Shown here: in pieces, positions 25,147-38,690 of the stretch
How the letters are laid out: every line of letters begins with the position of its first letter
How positions within the stretch are numbered: the first letter of the stretch is position 1
NCBI GenBank assembly: GCA_030390025.1
Contig: CM059438.1
Span: forward strand, 74,524,001-74,588,000
Direction: 5' to 3'
From: Squalus acanthias
Taxonomy: Eukaryota
DNA: 64,000 bases
Translations under genes and position numbers: made by a program
The notes under the pieces: model-generated
Database searches by the model: none
What the model was told of the DNA's origin: nothing
What the model saw: only the letters and a program-made list of their open reading frames with translations

Positions 25147-26180
25147 AGAGAAAAATAGGAGTAGGCAGCCATTTGGCCCTTCGAGCCTGCTCCGCCATTC
25201 AAGATCATGGCTGATCCTCAATCTCAATACCATATTCCCCCTCTCCCCATACCCCTTGATGCCTTGTGTCTAGAAATCTATCTCCTTCTTAAATATATTC
25301 AGTGACTTGGCCTCCACAGCCTTCTGTGGTAGAGAATTCCACAGGTTCACCACCCTGAGTGAAGACATTTCTCCTCATCTCAGTCCTAAATGTCCTACCC
25401 CGTATCCTGAGACACTGACCCCTCGTTCTAAACCCCCCAGCCAGGGGAAACATCCTCCTCCTCCCTGCATCCAGTCTGTCTACCCCTGTCAGAATTTTAG
25501 ACGTTTCAATGAGATCCCCACTCATTCTTCTAAACTCTAGTGAATACAGGCCTAGTCAACCCAATCTCTCCTCATATGACAGTCCTGCCATCCCAGGAAT
25601 CAGTCTGGTGAACCTTCGCTGCACTCCGTTTGGCAAGTATATCATTTCTTGGGTAAGGAGACCAAAACTGCGCACAGTACTCCAGGTGTGGTCTCACCAA
25701 GGGCCCTGGATAGCTAGTAAGACATCCTTGCTCCTGTACTCAAATCCTCTTGCAATGAAGGCCAACATACCATTTGCCTTCCTAACTGCTTGCTGCACCT
25801 GCATGTTTGCTTTCAGTGACTGGTGTACAAGGACACACAGGTCCCTCTGTACATCAACATTTCCCAATCTATCACTATTTAAATAATACTCTGTCTTTCT
25901 GTTTTTCCTACCGAAGTGGATAACTTCACATTTATCCACGTTATACTGCGTCTGCCATGTATTTGCCCACTCACTCAACTTGTCTAAATCGCCTTGAAGC
26001 CTCTTTGCATCTTCTCACAACCCCACCTAGTTTTGTGTCGTCAGCAAACTTGGAAATATTACATTTGGTTCCCTTATCCAAATCATTGATATATATTGTG
26101 AATAGCTGGGGCCCAAGCACTGATCCCTGCGGTATCCCACTAGTCACCACCTGCCACCCAAAAAAGACCCATTTATTCCT
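25147..26180 (-). mobile_element. CR1 LINE, 5'-truncated
   Basis: [42 protein letters not shown] and downstream ORF2 fragments with frameshifts; tail at ~25150. Confidence 0.95.
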
Positions 26181-26449
26181 CCTACCAGTAGAGCTGCTGC
26201 AGTATCTCAGTTTTGTGTCTCCCAGCTCCCCCACAACCAACGCTAGTCTTCTGATGCTGAAATTGTCGTCAGTTTTGCTACTTAACTATAAATATCAAGT
26301 ATATCACAATAAGGAGAGAGAATACATGACTTTCAAATAGGGGCTGAATTGTGTCAGTGCACCATAGTCTAATTATCCTCCACCCTCTAAACAGGCTCGA
26401 GGGGCTCAATGGCCTACTCCTGTTCCTATGTTCCACTGCACCAGTATGA

Positions 26450-27425
26450 ATTCAGCCCCTTGAGCCTGTACCGTCATTCAAATAAGATCATGGCTGATCT
26501 GTATCCTAACTCCATCCACCCGCCTTGGCTCCATATCCCTTTATACCCTTGGCTAGCAAAAGTCCAATCGATCTCAGATTTAAAATTAATTGAGCTAGCA
26601 TCTCGTACTTTTTGTGGGAGAGTGTTCCACACTTCTACCACCCTTTGAATGAAGAAGTGTTTCCTAACATCTCTCCTGAATGGCCTGGCTCTGATTTTAA
26701 GGTAATGTCCCCTTCTCCTGGACTCCCTTGCGAGCAGAATAAGTTTCTCTCTATCTATCCTATCAATTCCTTTCAAAATCCTAATAATCTCAAATCAAAT
26801 CATCCCTTAACCTTCCATATTCCAGGGAATACAACACAAGTTTATGTAATCTCTGCTCATTATCTAACCCATGGAGCCCTGGTAACATTCTGGTGAATCT
26901 GTGCTACACTACTTCCAAAGCCAATATAACCTTTCTAAAAGTGCGATGCCCAGAACTGTACATGGTACGCCAGATGTGGTCTAATAAAAGTGTTTCCAGC
27001 ATTTTCTATTGTTTCAGATTTCCAGCATCTGCAGTATTTTGCTGTTGTATTAGTGCTCTAACAAAGGCTTTGTATAGATGCAGTTATAAAGGCTAACATT
27101 CCATTAACCTTTTTAATTTTTTTGTATTTGACCACTACATTTTAGTGATCGGTGTACATGGACCCCTACCAAGTTACCATTTGACAGCTTGTATAACAGA
27201 TCCCATTTCTTGCAAATTCAAATCTCTTTGGACCCCCCACTGTTCCAAGCTTTTCATCATTTAAAAAATATTCAGATCCATCCTTTTTGGTCCAAAATGG
27301 ATGACCTCTCATTTGCCTGCGTTGAAAGCCATCTACTATAGTTTTGCCCACTCAACTAATCAATGTTTCTTTGTAATTTTATGCTCCCATCTACACTACA
27401 TACTATACCACCAATCTTTGTGTCT
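26450..27425 (-). mobile_element. Older CR1 LINE fragment (different subfamily)
   Basis: ORF 26474-26776 ..RRDVRKHFFIQRVVEVWNTLPQKV..; ends at gacacaaagattggtgg (DTKIGG). Confidence 0.85.
26985..27055 (+). mobile_element. Short Penelope pLTR fragment nested in CR1
   Basis: tgtttccagcattttctattgtttcagatttccagcatctgcagtattttgc matches family A 3' end; flanked by tctaa..tctaa. Confidence 0.6.
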
Positions 27426-27717
27426 TAATTGCCTGTGTTCAACACACAGGAGATTGACTAGGAGCATGATAAACATCTAGAACAGTACAAAAGCTGGATC
27501 AATTCCCACTCCTGTAAATGGACTCCAGGCATAGCGCAGTTTTGAAAATGTGTAGCCATCAGCATTTGACATACATTAGTTAGGATGTGCACTGGGTACA
27601 TAGTCAGTATGAGGTTTTTTTTTAAAGCAGAAAATTACTTTATGAAAACTTCCTCGTTGTGTTAATTGTGGTTCATTATGGCTCCTAAGTGCTCCTATAG
27701 AGTAATAAATATCATAC

Positions 27718-27846
27718 CGCTTTGCCGTCATAGAACACCACATTGTAGTCATCATGTACAACAAAATGTCTGTTCTTCCACTTCCTGTTTACTTCCATGT
27801 ACTGGTAGAGGTTGCCAGAGAAGATGATTTTATCCTTTAATGGGGC
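27718..27846 (-). CDS. NIBAN2: NIBAN2 coding exon 3 (PH domain start), 129 nt, phase 0-0
   Basis: tttatttcctacAG|GCCCCATTA..AAAGCG|GTATGA; APLKDKIIFSGNLYQYMEVNRKWKNRHFVVHDDYNVVFYDGKA vs recalled human VPLDERIVFSGNLFQHQEDSKKWRNRF..LYENKA; not in the ORF track. Confidence 0.95.
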
Positions 27847-28399
27847 CTGTAGGAAATAAAAGATAAATACAAGGACAAATTAGTCTTCATTGTTCATCTG
27901 TTAACCACATTTTTGCTCATACCTGATTAATCACTGAAGGAAATGGCCTTCAATAGAATTTTAATCATTGATTATAATGAGATGTAGCAAGGTTAGTTAT
28001 GACATGTATCTCATGAATTCTACAAATACATCACATTCTTTTTGTAATAATGGTTGTCGTCCATTCTTGCAAGTTACTGATTACATTCAGGACAGGACAG
28101 CCTGTACACTCAGTTCCAATAGAACCTTGATGATAAAAGCAGATAGTAAACATCAAAAGCATTGAGCATTTTAGAATCTAAGATTTTGAACATCATCTTT
28201 AAAAAAAAATCAAGTTCCCATTTGACAGCTTGTATTCCAGATCCTATTTCTAGCAAATTCAGAACTGAAACTTCACTGTCAGCTGTGCACAGCAGCAGAT
28301 GGAGACCAAATTAATAACTATGCAAGAAGGGTGTTTACCGAATGGACTACATAGAAAGGTCTGTACTGAGACGAGACTAAAAATCTCAGTAGTACGTGG

Positions 28400-29410
28400 C
28401 TATTGAGAATATACATACACGATGCTTGCGTCTGTGCACATTCGGAGGTTGAACTCCAAACCATCGTTAACACCTTCACCGAAGCATACGAGAGCATGGG
28501 CCTTACACTAAACATCTGTAAGACAAAGGCCCTCTACCAACCTGCCCCCGCCACAGTCCTGCACCCACCCCCGATTATCAAAATCCACAACAAGGCCTTG
28601 GACAACGTGGATCACTTTCCATACCTTGGGAGCCTACTGTCACAACAAGGGCAGACGTCGATGACGAAGTCCAACACCGCCTTCAGTGTGCCAGTGCAGC
28701 CTTCGGTCGCCTGAGGAAGTGTGTTAAGACCAGGACCTCAAACCCGGCACCAAGCTCGTGGTCTACAGAGCAGTAGTGATACCCGCCCTCCTGTATACCT
28801 CAGAGACATGGACCATGTACAGCAGGCACCTCAAAGCACTGGAGAGGTACCAACGCTGCCCCCGCAAGATCCTGCAAATCCATTGGCAGGATAGGTGCAC
28901 CGACGTCAGTGTTCTCGCTCAGGCCAACATCCCCAGCATCAAAGCTTTGACCACGCTCGCTCAGCTCCGATGGATGGGTCACATCGTCCGCATGCCCGAT
29001 AAGAGACTCCCAAAACAAGTGCTCTACTCAGAGCTCTGACACGGCAAGAGAGCCCCAAGTGGGCAGAGGAAACGCTTCAAGGACACCCTCAAAGCCTCCT
29101 TGAAAAAGTGCAACATCCCCACCGACACCTGGGAATCCCTGGTCCAAGACCGCACAAAGTGGAGGAGAAGCATCCAGGAAGGCGCCGAACACCTAGAGTC
29201 TCTTCGCTGGGAACAAGCAGAAGCCAAGCGCAAGCAGCACACAACAACCCAAGCACTCCACCCATCCGCCCCTCCAACCACCGTCTGCCCCACCTGTGAC
29301 AGAGACTGTAGGTCCTGCATTGGACGCATCAGCCACCTGAGAACTCATTTTTAATGTGGAAGCAAGTCATCCTCGGTTCCGAGGGACTGCCTAAGAAGAA
29401 GACGACGACA
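28400..29410 (+). mobile_element. RTE-clade LINE 3' portion
   Basis: DACVCAHSEVELQTIVNTFTEAYESMGLTLNI; VYRAVVIPALLYTSETWT..QLRWMGHIVRMPDKRLPKQVLYSEL; C-terminal CPTCDRDC..ISHLRTH zinc finger; (aag)n tail. Confidence 0.9.
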
Positions 29411-31169
29411 AAGAGCGGCAGCATTCATGCCAACCATCAGTGATTGCCTTCCAAAGTCACAGCGGGCAGTTATTCTAAACAACACCTCAGAACACCATGA
29501 GATTTCATTGTGAAGGTGTGAATTTCAAAGCTGCAATTTGCTCCCAGGTGTGAAACACTGCTCATGGACACATACCAGTGGTCATGCATGTGCAACACTA
29601 CTACAAATGCACAATACAGTAAAGTTGCCTACATCACTGGGAGGTTGGGGAATGAGTGGGTCCTGTGCTGGATTGGTGCTATTTGATGGCAGACAGGCAA
29701 GCGGATGTAGATTTTCATATCCAGTAGGGAAAATATTGCTTGAAGAGTCACGTCTGTATGTGGCCTAATTTTGTCTTCAAATGTATCCAACTGTTGGAAG
29801 TTGGTAAAAGTAAGCATTCTGACAATATCATTGGAAAGTTTGTTTAAGACAGCATTGAAGTATTTAGATCTGCTTGGCTGCACTGAATAGCAGACTTTAG
29901 GACCGTCACGAGCCAGCTGACTGAAGTCACTTCGTAAGATTACTTTTCATCCTCATTCAAAGCAGCAGATCCACAAACTCAAACTTGCTCAACTCAATTA
30001 CAACTTTACCACATTATCTAATCACAGTAAAACAAAAATTCCTTTTCGGTTTGTTCTCAGTGTGGGTTGCAATAGAATTTAATTTGTTCTGTCACCATAA
30101 AGCAGTGGTGCTATGTATAGTCAGGGCTATTTGTGAGCTGCTAGTTTAATTTAATTGTTTTTTTTTTGGAGATGTTGTTCAGCTTTTGGGAATTTTCTGG
30201 ATTGGCATATGTGCAATAGAAATCTTTTATTAAAAAGGTTCATTACTTTCCATCACCAATTATTGCCTTCTCATCCTTCTCCCCTGCCCTCCCATACTAT
30301 TTTCTTCCCAGTAATGCTCCTCAGTACCACAACTTCCTCTAGCTGGGATGGGTTGGGCCACATACTTCCCCACAACCTACATTAATCACACTCCACATCT
30401 GGCTATACGTAGATGCTCAAACAAGCTGATTTTGATTGAGATTTTCTTCTCTCCCATTCCCCCACTCCCAAAGACTAAAAGGACCATCTTGCTATGATTC
30501 AACATTCCCTCGAGCAGCCCCACCCAAAACTAAATGAAATAAACTCAGCTCATACAATAGCCAGGCAGACAAGCAGTCATGCTTAAAAATGTACTTCCTC
30601 GTAGTTGGGAGTTCATCCATATCACAGCTCGAGCCAACAAACCATCCTCTTGCTTTCCAAAGTTGACTGTTCGGAGATCGGTCTGTGTATATTTCTGGTG
30701 GTTCTGCATTTCCCAAACCTACAGCTGTGGTCTTGTGTCTGCAGGAAACGGTGAACTTGGATGAGCCATAATCATAGTCATGCTCTCATTTTAGAAAGAG
30801 ATCCTGTGGTGTGGTACTTATGAGTCAAAATGTTAACTGTTCAATCAAATTTCAGGTCAAAACTAAGCTTCCCAAATCAGCTACTGAGAATACCCTCGAG
30901 TCTCGAGAATAATTTCACTCAAGTCTGTCTTGAGGAGCCAACATAGATTGAGGGGATTCAAACATGAAATAGCAATAATTATAAACAGTGGGCCGCATGC
31001 AGCCCCAAATCTCAGCAATCCAGCCCCAGGAAGCTCACAAACTCAGTCCATTTACACTTATTTCCTTATTGGCTGGTCTATACCATTAAAGGAATTAGGG
31101 CATGTTGTATTTATTTTTACCAACCAAAAAAAAAGTTGCTTTTCAGAATTTCAGCTTAAGATTCAGACG

Positions 31170-31545
31170 AAAGGTGCACCAGCAAATGTCACAATATGCT
31201 ACCTGATGGTCGGGCACTGGTTTCCCTCCCAGTCCCACAGACTGGTGCAGAGTTTGCTGATCTCATGCAGGAGGATGATGCTATGCGAACAATTGGCCAC
31301 ATCGCCCTTGGATTGGGGAGGAGGAACAATGGGCAAGGTTCCCCACTTCGAATTATCCAATGATTCTCACTGAACATGCATACGTGTGAGCATCAGGTGG
31401 GGAACCACTTTAATTTCACCTGTGGTTGATTCACTGTTGAGCCTCACAAATTAATCTGGGTCACTTAAGCAAGGTGCTTGTGGGAACCCAGAATCCATGG
31501 ACCCTGGCAAGTAGGCAATGCCTTCAGGAGGGGAAAGGAGTGAAA
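31170..31545 (+). mobile_element. Old unclassified SINE-like repeat
   Basis: gtgcagagtttgctgatctcatgcagg shared with the reverse complement of 55200-55230 and with 32110-32135. Confidence 0.4.
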
Positions 31546-33610
31546 TTATGTGGAAAAAGTTGAGAAAAATCAAAATCACTTGCCAGTCCAGTTTTATCCA
31601 AAATTAGGCTTCAGGAGTCAAGACTCAATCATGTGCTCTGAAAACACTTCAAGTGTCTATTGAGTATGGAGGAATGCATTTCGGAAAAAAAGGAACAGTC
31701 ATGAGACCGGAGTACAAAAACAGAATTGAAGAATTTGCATCTGATGCTTCATTTTCTGCAGTCATTGCTTGCTTGCAGCATTATTAGTTATGCTAATGCA
31801 AGTTCAAAGGAATGGCATTTTTTTTAAAAACCCATTTATAGAACAGTCACCAACAACTACCCACTATCTCAAAAGGAACTGGATATCCATTGATAGCTAT
31901 TAAAAAAATCACCGCAGTTCGAGAACAATCACATCATACAAAAAGGGTCAAGAAGGACATGGTTAAATTCGGAGACTTCTGAATCTTCCAGGACGCTATG
32001 TTGATCTAGCAGGCTGGATGTGATAAAAGAAATTGTGACAACTTCTGGACTCAACATAAGGAACGCCATGGAGACATACAGAAGTAGAAAAATTGCAGCT
32101 GCAATCCCACCGAGTTAGCTGACCTCGGCCTGACTGCAGGGACAGTACTACAATTGGCTCCAGTGCTCGAGCTGGGCAAGGGGGAAGACAATGGGCAGCG
32201 TTCTTGCTCCTGATCATTAACTACTGAGCCCCTACTGAAAACTGCACAGGGAGGTGAAAACTTATGCCTTGAGAGAACAGATCATGCATGGCCATGATGC
32301 TCCCCATGACCAAATAGCTCAATGATTTTCCTTGTCCAGGGCTTACACGTGGAAAATAACCTTTTGAATGAGGGCAGGGCTTTTCCTGGACCACTAACAT
32401 TTGAGAGAGGAGGGAACAACAGTGGGAAAACAAAATCGATTTCCCCCCCAACTTCCTCTCTGGTTTACCTCACGCCCCAGGCCATTCTTCAACCAAAGGA
32501 AGGAAGGAAGGAAAGCAGGCAAACTGCCTCCACACCTCTTAAATCCAATCTACAAAAAATAACTGCGAAAAGTCAACTCTGTGCTGTGACACAGCCATTT
32601 CAATAACATGATTTCCAAATGATCAGATTCTGCAAAAAGTCTTGCGTTTAAACACATTACAGAGGCCAATAATGATAATGCTGTAATGTTTTCAGTCAAA
32701 CCTTGAGGCTGAATCAACTGCTCTCACCTTACTGCTGGTTGCAGGGTATGGGAGAGGAAGGGAAGACAAGCCATTCGAATATTTGGAAACAGAATCCTTA
32801 AGCTCATTGTAAGGTTTAATCTTACACAATACCTGGAATTAGTTCAGTTTGTTTTCAGATACTTTTGGAGGAAACGAGGTGGGTGAAAGGGGTGACCAAA
32901 CCTGGTTTGTCCATTGTAGGCAGATTAGCATTAAAGAGAAATACAGTACTCTGTATTCAGTTCCTGATCCAAAAAACAGAGCTAAACTTAGGACCTTGAC
33001 ATCCCCAAAGCAAGCCAATGATTCAAACAGGACCATATTTGGAAGCTATGCGACATTTGGCCAGTTTCTTTCTACTTAATATTTTCCACTGTGTTGATTT
33101 CAGTGCATCAGGGTTTTACAGACTTGAAAAGTCTTACTGTGGTCTGGAAGAGATGTAAACCACAACTCCTGAATACAATGGTCTAGTTCAGGATTAGAGG
33201 GTTTTTTCTGCTCAATTTCAAAGAATAGCAGCAAATCACAAGGGCTTTGTTTTTCACACCATTTTGACGATATTGTTGGACAATAGTTTACCTTTACTAT
33301 TTTCTTTTTGAATTAATTAATGGAGGTTCAGGCATATTTTGAGTCAACCTATCCTAAGTGGAAGGCACAATGCCTTTTGGGGTCTTCAAGGCGCTTACCT
33401 CCCACACTGGTTTCTATGTATACTGTCACTTGGATCCTCAAGTGAATCTGCTTCAACGTGCACTAGATCACACTGTTAGGAGACAAACATTTCAGCTGCA
33501 CCATGCTTCACACGTTTCTGGTGTAGTGCCTGGACTGGAATGACCGTTGTACATTTGGGGGGAGGTGGGGCGAAAGAGAAAAACAGGTCACCGTCACCCC
33601 CACCGCATTA

Positions 33611-34030
33611 ACAACAACAAAAACAACTTGAATTTCAATAGCGCCTTTAACGTAGTAAAATGTTCCAAGGCGCGTCACAGGAGTGATGAACAAAATCTGA
33701 CACCGAGCGACATAAGGAGATTAGGTCAGATGATCAGAGACAGATTTTAAGCAGCATCTTAAAAGGAGGTTTAGCGAGGAAATTCCAGATCTTCGGGTCT
33801 AGGCAGCTGAAGGCACGGCCGCCAATGGTGGAGCGATTAAAATCGGGAATGCTCAAGAGGCCAGAATTGGAGGAGCGCAGAGATCTCGTAGGGTTGTAGG
33901 GCTGGTGGAGGTTACAGAGATAGGAAGGGGCGAAGCCATGGAGGGGTTTGAAAACAAGGCTGAGAATTTTTTTTATTTTTTTCAATAAATTGAGGCGTTG
34001 CCGGACCAGGAGCCAATGTAGGTCAGCACA
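33611..34030 (-). mobile_element. L2 LINE 3' end
   Basis: LVFKPLHGFAPSYLCNLHQPYNPTRSLRSSNSGLL..STIGGRAFS..PKIWN; (ttg)n tail. Confidence 0.85.
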
Positions 34031-34528
34031 GCGGCTCTCTACACAGCCTGCAGCATGATTTAAGGTCTTAACACATCATGAGGTACAGCTGATAGCAAGA
34101 GCTGATTAAGTGTCTTACATCCATTTAAACCAAGAGTAAGCCACACTCCAAAAAGACAGAGCAACAAGTCTCAAATGACCCTTCACTTTTAATCAAACCA
34201 CTCAACTCCTACACCACCATTTTTAATCTACACATACAGGATGGAGACGACATTTATAGTATTTTCAGACACATGCCTGCATTCCATAGCTGAAGCTTCT
34301 TTTAATGAGACTCTTGTGCAACAGTGCTCATTACATTTTGTTGGGAAGCTGAATGTAGGAAAAGCATTTCTTTATGGAATCCAGTGTGCAACATGAGAAC
34401 AATTAAATCAAAATCTTATTTCCAAATACTCGTTTTTGAAGTTCCACGCATCATTTACCAGTTGTTGAAGGATTCTTCTACTCAGTTCATCTTTTGCCTT
34501 TTCCTGATGAGACGCTTCATTAACAGTG

Positions 34529-34668
34529 GTGACGAAAAGGCACTGACCCGAAACGTGAACCCTACCCTCCTCTCTCCACAGATCCTGCCTGATCTGACGA
34601 GTGTTTCCAGTATGTTTTGTTTTTATTTTAGATATCCAGCATCTGCAGTGCTTTGCTTTTTGTGACGA
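34529..34668 (+). mobile_element. Penelope pLTR fragment (family A) with degenerate hammerhead
   Basis: tgacgaaaaggcactgacccgaaacgtgaac..tctctccacagat..gtgtttccag..ccagcatctgcag; gtgacga repeated at 34529-34535 and 34662-34668. Confidence 0.7.
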
Positions 34669-35564
34669 TAAATATACTAGTCAGTGAAATAAAGCTCCTG
34701 AAACTCCAATCCACAAACTGATGAATTAATCAATCATCAAGGCTTCAGCTGCTCTGTACATAACCTTCCACTGGGCAAAGCTAAAATAAGATGTTGATAA
34801 TGCTGAGCTTCCACTGTTGTCTTAAGAAAAAAAAACCAGGAAAGCATCTTTTTAGGATACCTTCCAAACGCCCAAGATGAAGAATGCATAATATTTAAAA
34901 GTGCAATTTACATTCCATAAAGTGATGAAGGGTGCATTTACAGGGCCACATGGAGTCTGACGGGAAGCAGAGCATTATACTGCTTTAGTTTGACACAACA
35001 TTGGATTTACACTCATGTCTAAACTGGTTTGCATGGTGGTCAGGGGGCTTGCTGGATCCCCTTGACACTTGTAAATCCTACGTCACCTTCATCTGTTGAG
35101 AGCGCAGGGATTCTCTGGTTCCTGCTCTCAACGTTTACATTTCCAGCTTTTGGGAGACAGCTCCATGCATGTGTGTAGCCAGGTATGCACAAAGCAGGAG
35201 ACTTCAAGTTCCAGCCAGGCTGGAGCCAAGCAAGGTAAACAGGCTTCTGCCTGGCAGGTACCCAACTGCTTCAACCAGTCTCAGACATGCAGCTTTAGTG
35301 TACACCACCTCAAGTCTTGGCAATTGAGAACCACTTCAGTTTATTATGGTCAACTACAGTATTGAAATACATGGGGGTAGCAAAGAGGACATTTATGCAA
35401 GCAACCTGGATCATGTGATAGCAATCATTTTAGTCCTGGTCACCTACATCCCTTCACTCAACAGGAGGCTGAAGTCTATCGATTTCTATCCCTTACTTTG
35501 GCAAATCAATATCAGTGGATATAGCACTGTTTTAAATATATGAAATATTAAATATGAGTGCGAG

Positions 35565-36330
35565 TGCGAGGTGATGCATTTTGGCAGAAGGAACAGGGAG
35601 AGGCAATATACACTTAATGGCATAGTTTTAAAGAGTGTGCAGGGACAGAGGGACCTGGGAGTTAATGTGCATAGGTCCCTGAAGGTGGCAGGACATATTG
35701 AGAGTGGTTAACAAATCATATGGGATCTTAGGCTTCATAAATAGAGGTATAGAATATAAAAGTAGAGAAGTTATGCTGAACCTTTATAAAGCGCTGGTTA
35801 GGCCACAATTGGAGTATTGCGTCCAGTTCTGGTCACCTCACTTTAGGAAGGATGTGAAGGCTCTTGAGAGGGTGCAGAGGAGATTTACCAGAATGGTTCT
35901 GGGGATGGGGGATCTTAGCTACAAGGACAGGTTGGAGAAGCTGGATTTGTTTTCATTAGAGCAAAGGAGGTTGAGGGGTGATTTGATAGAGGTGTACAAG
36001 ATTATGACGGGTTTGGATAGGCTAGACGGGGAAAGGCTGTTCCCACTAGTTGATGGTACAAGGACTAGGAAACACCGATTTAAGGTTTTGGGCAAGAGAT
36101 ACAGGGGGGGTGGGAAAACGTGGTGATGACCTGGAATTCGCTGCCGATGGAAGTGGTAGAAGCGGAGACACTAAATGTTTTCAAGGGGAGACTGGATAGG
36201 CACTTGAGGGAAATAAACTTGCAGGGCTACAGGGATAGAGCGGGGGAATGGGACTGACTGGATTGCTTTGCAGAGAGCCGGCACGGACTCGATGGGCTGA
36301 ATGGTCTCCTTCTGTGCCGTTATGACTATG
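35565..36330 (+). mobile_element. CR1 LINE 3' fragment
   Basis: ORF 35698-36126 ..LVRPQLEYCVQFWSPHFRKDVKALERVQRRFTRM..RRLRGDLIEVYKIM; tail gatgggctgaatggtctccttctgtg. Confidence 0.9.
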
Positions 36331-38102
36331 AAACCAAATGTTATGAACCTGGAACAGTCTAGCCTGTGAATAACTTGCTTGGACTGAAATAGAGATGCCT
36401 AACTGAGATCTGTCTCACAAGGAGCTCAGTGTTCCTTCAGATAAAGCACATAGACCTTCATACCACAGTAAGCAGAGCCTGCAACTGACCAACTGAAGTG
36501 AAATAGCCAAAGACCGCCAACAAGGTCTGGTTGGAGACTAGGTTTGTGACGTGAAGGGTAGATTTATTTCCCTTAAATCATGGAACAAAACCCACTACTA
36601 GTGTTAAATCAGGACAAGGGATTTAGAGATTTAAAAAATTACAGCACAGCAAGGGGGGGGGGGGGGGGTTGCGTTCAGCTCATCGTGATTGTAGCAAGAC
36701 TGTGGTCAACAGTATTGCAGTGAAATAATGCAACTTGGCATGGCTGTTCTAGGTACAATGAAATTGTCTAACTGATCTACTCTTTTCCCCAGAGAGAGAG
36801 AGAGAATGAGTGAATCACTGCACCTCATTTTAACTAGTGAATCTGGGAGATTACAATTTGTAACAATAACATCTTCAGAACAGAATAAATATTTAAATGC
36901 AGAAGCGCTTGCAGCAATAGCATCTGCAGAAATAGTCCGTTTTCTTTTTGGTTGATATTGAATAGTCTTTCACCGATAAAACTACATGGTATTATTCTTC
37001 ATCACATTTCAAGTGCATGAAGTGCTTGCATCGATATCTGGCAGAGATTCCTAGTTCAGAACAGTGAGAAATCATCGCTCCAAATTTAAGTATCGCTGCT
37101 TCCTCTGCAATTAGTCAACATTACTAGAATATTTAAAAAGGTAAGAGAGAGCAGGTTAAGTGCTCTAGTGGAAAATAATCTTGTTACGGACATACGAAAT
37201 CGACGGGCAGCAGATGACCAGCTGGTCCATCAAGCCTGCGCCACAATAGAATGACACACAGAAGATCAAGAGATCAGACAAACCATTGCCAAGAGTGCAA
37301 TTGGCCGCAACCCTGTGCACTGAAAACACATTGGCTCAATAAATAAAAAGGACAAGTTACACAGCCAATCACAGAACCAGAGGAAGATTAGAGTTGGCAC
37401 AGCAGATACAATTTGATCGGTTTTCAGGTTAGAACATTTGGAAACGAACCAAGCATTTCCATATACATTGCAGCTGTTGGAGATTCATCTTCAAAAATTA
37501 TAACGTCCCTGCTTATTAGATTGGTGCTTAGAGTTGTAGAGTTATGTCAGGTGGCAAGAACATGAAAGCAAGAAATGGCAACTGGTAACTTGGAACAACT
37601 AGGTGAGGGGAATGCACCTCAACATTACAGTCTGATCCAGTTAGCCATTTAAAATTGTGTTTCTTGCATGGCTCAGAAGATTCATGAACAACAGCTTGTG
37701 GTGAATTAGATACCAGACATAATATTCCAACAAACAATGAGATGGAAGCTAAATTACAGGTTTACGCCACAGACCTGGAGCCAGAACAAAATTTGTAGGC
37801 ATGAAAGTTCAAATGGGTGACTGCCAGAGTCTGTAAGCTCAAGTTGACCCAATATAATTTGTATTCTAACATCATGGTGAATGGAGCCACAACAAAGGTC
37901 AACATTTGGTGGTGGAGGATTGGGAGAGAAGGGAAATGCGAGGTGCGAGCAGGCTCAGCAGATACTTGCCTGACTGGTGGTGCAGTATCCAATAGCTACC
38001 AGTGGACAGAATGGTATTCGAACACTAGTGGAGGCCTCATTTTTTTTCTATTTGGTAAAGCTGATTCCAAAATTACACCAAAATTCATCGAGAAAGAATT
38101 CT

Positions 38103-38235
38103 AATAAAAAGAAAATAACGGCAAATGCTGGAAATCTGAAGCAAACAGAAAATGCTGAAAACACACAGCAGCTCAGACATCTGTAAAGTGAAAAGAAAGA
38201 TCAACGCTTGAGGTGTTACTTATGTCGGAACTGAA
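38103..38235 (-). mobile_element. Decayed Penelope pLTR fragment (family A)
   Basis: gcaaatgctggaaatctgaagcaaacagaaaatgctgaaaacacacagcagctcagacatctg. Confidence 0.6.
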
Positions 38236-38321
38236 ATTAAAAGGACAAGCATTTCATTCGGGTTTGGGGGGTGGGTGGGGAGGAGAGAAACAGAAAGAGG
38301 GAGTTCATGGGTTTAAAATCA

Positions 38322-38690
38322 AGAAAGAACCTGCATTTATATATCACCTTTATGACCTTAGGATGTTTCAAATGCTTTACAGCCAATGAAGTACTTTAAG
38401 TGTGGTCACTGTTGTAATGTGGGAAAGGCAGCAGCCAATTTTCACATAGCAAGGTTCCTAAATGACTAGAGCATCTTAATTTTAGGTGTTGGTTGAGGGG
38501 TAAATATTGGACAGGACACCCCAAGAACTCCCATACTCTTTTGCGAATAGCGCAGTTGATCTTATGTCCACGAGAGGATGAACGGGACCTCGGTTAATGT
38601 CTCATCCAAACAACGGCACCTCTGAGTGCAGCACTCCCTCAGTACCGCACTGAAGTGCCAGCCTAGATTGTGTGGTCAAGTCTCTGGTGT
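38322..38690 (-). mobile_element. Decayed DeuSINE (SacSINE1-like)
   Basis: ctgcatttatata..gctttacagccaatgaagtactt..gtgcagcactccctcagtac. Confidence 0.8.

Noticed and set aside
1645-30830. AP-1 (TGAGTCA/TGACTCA) sites at ~1648, 13598, 23444, 24104 and 30821 as enhancers
   Set aside because: A 7-mer is expected several times by chance in 64 kb; no clustering or conservation evidence available
34503-34520. CTGATGAG as another hammerhead core
   Set aside because: No stem II or GAAA at the proper spacing; the real degenerate motif starts at ~34530
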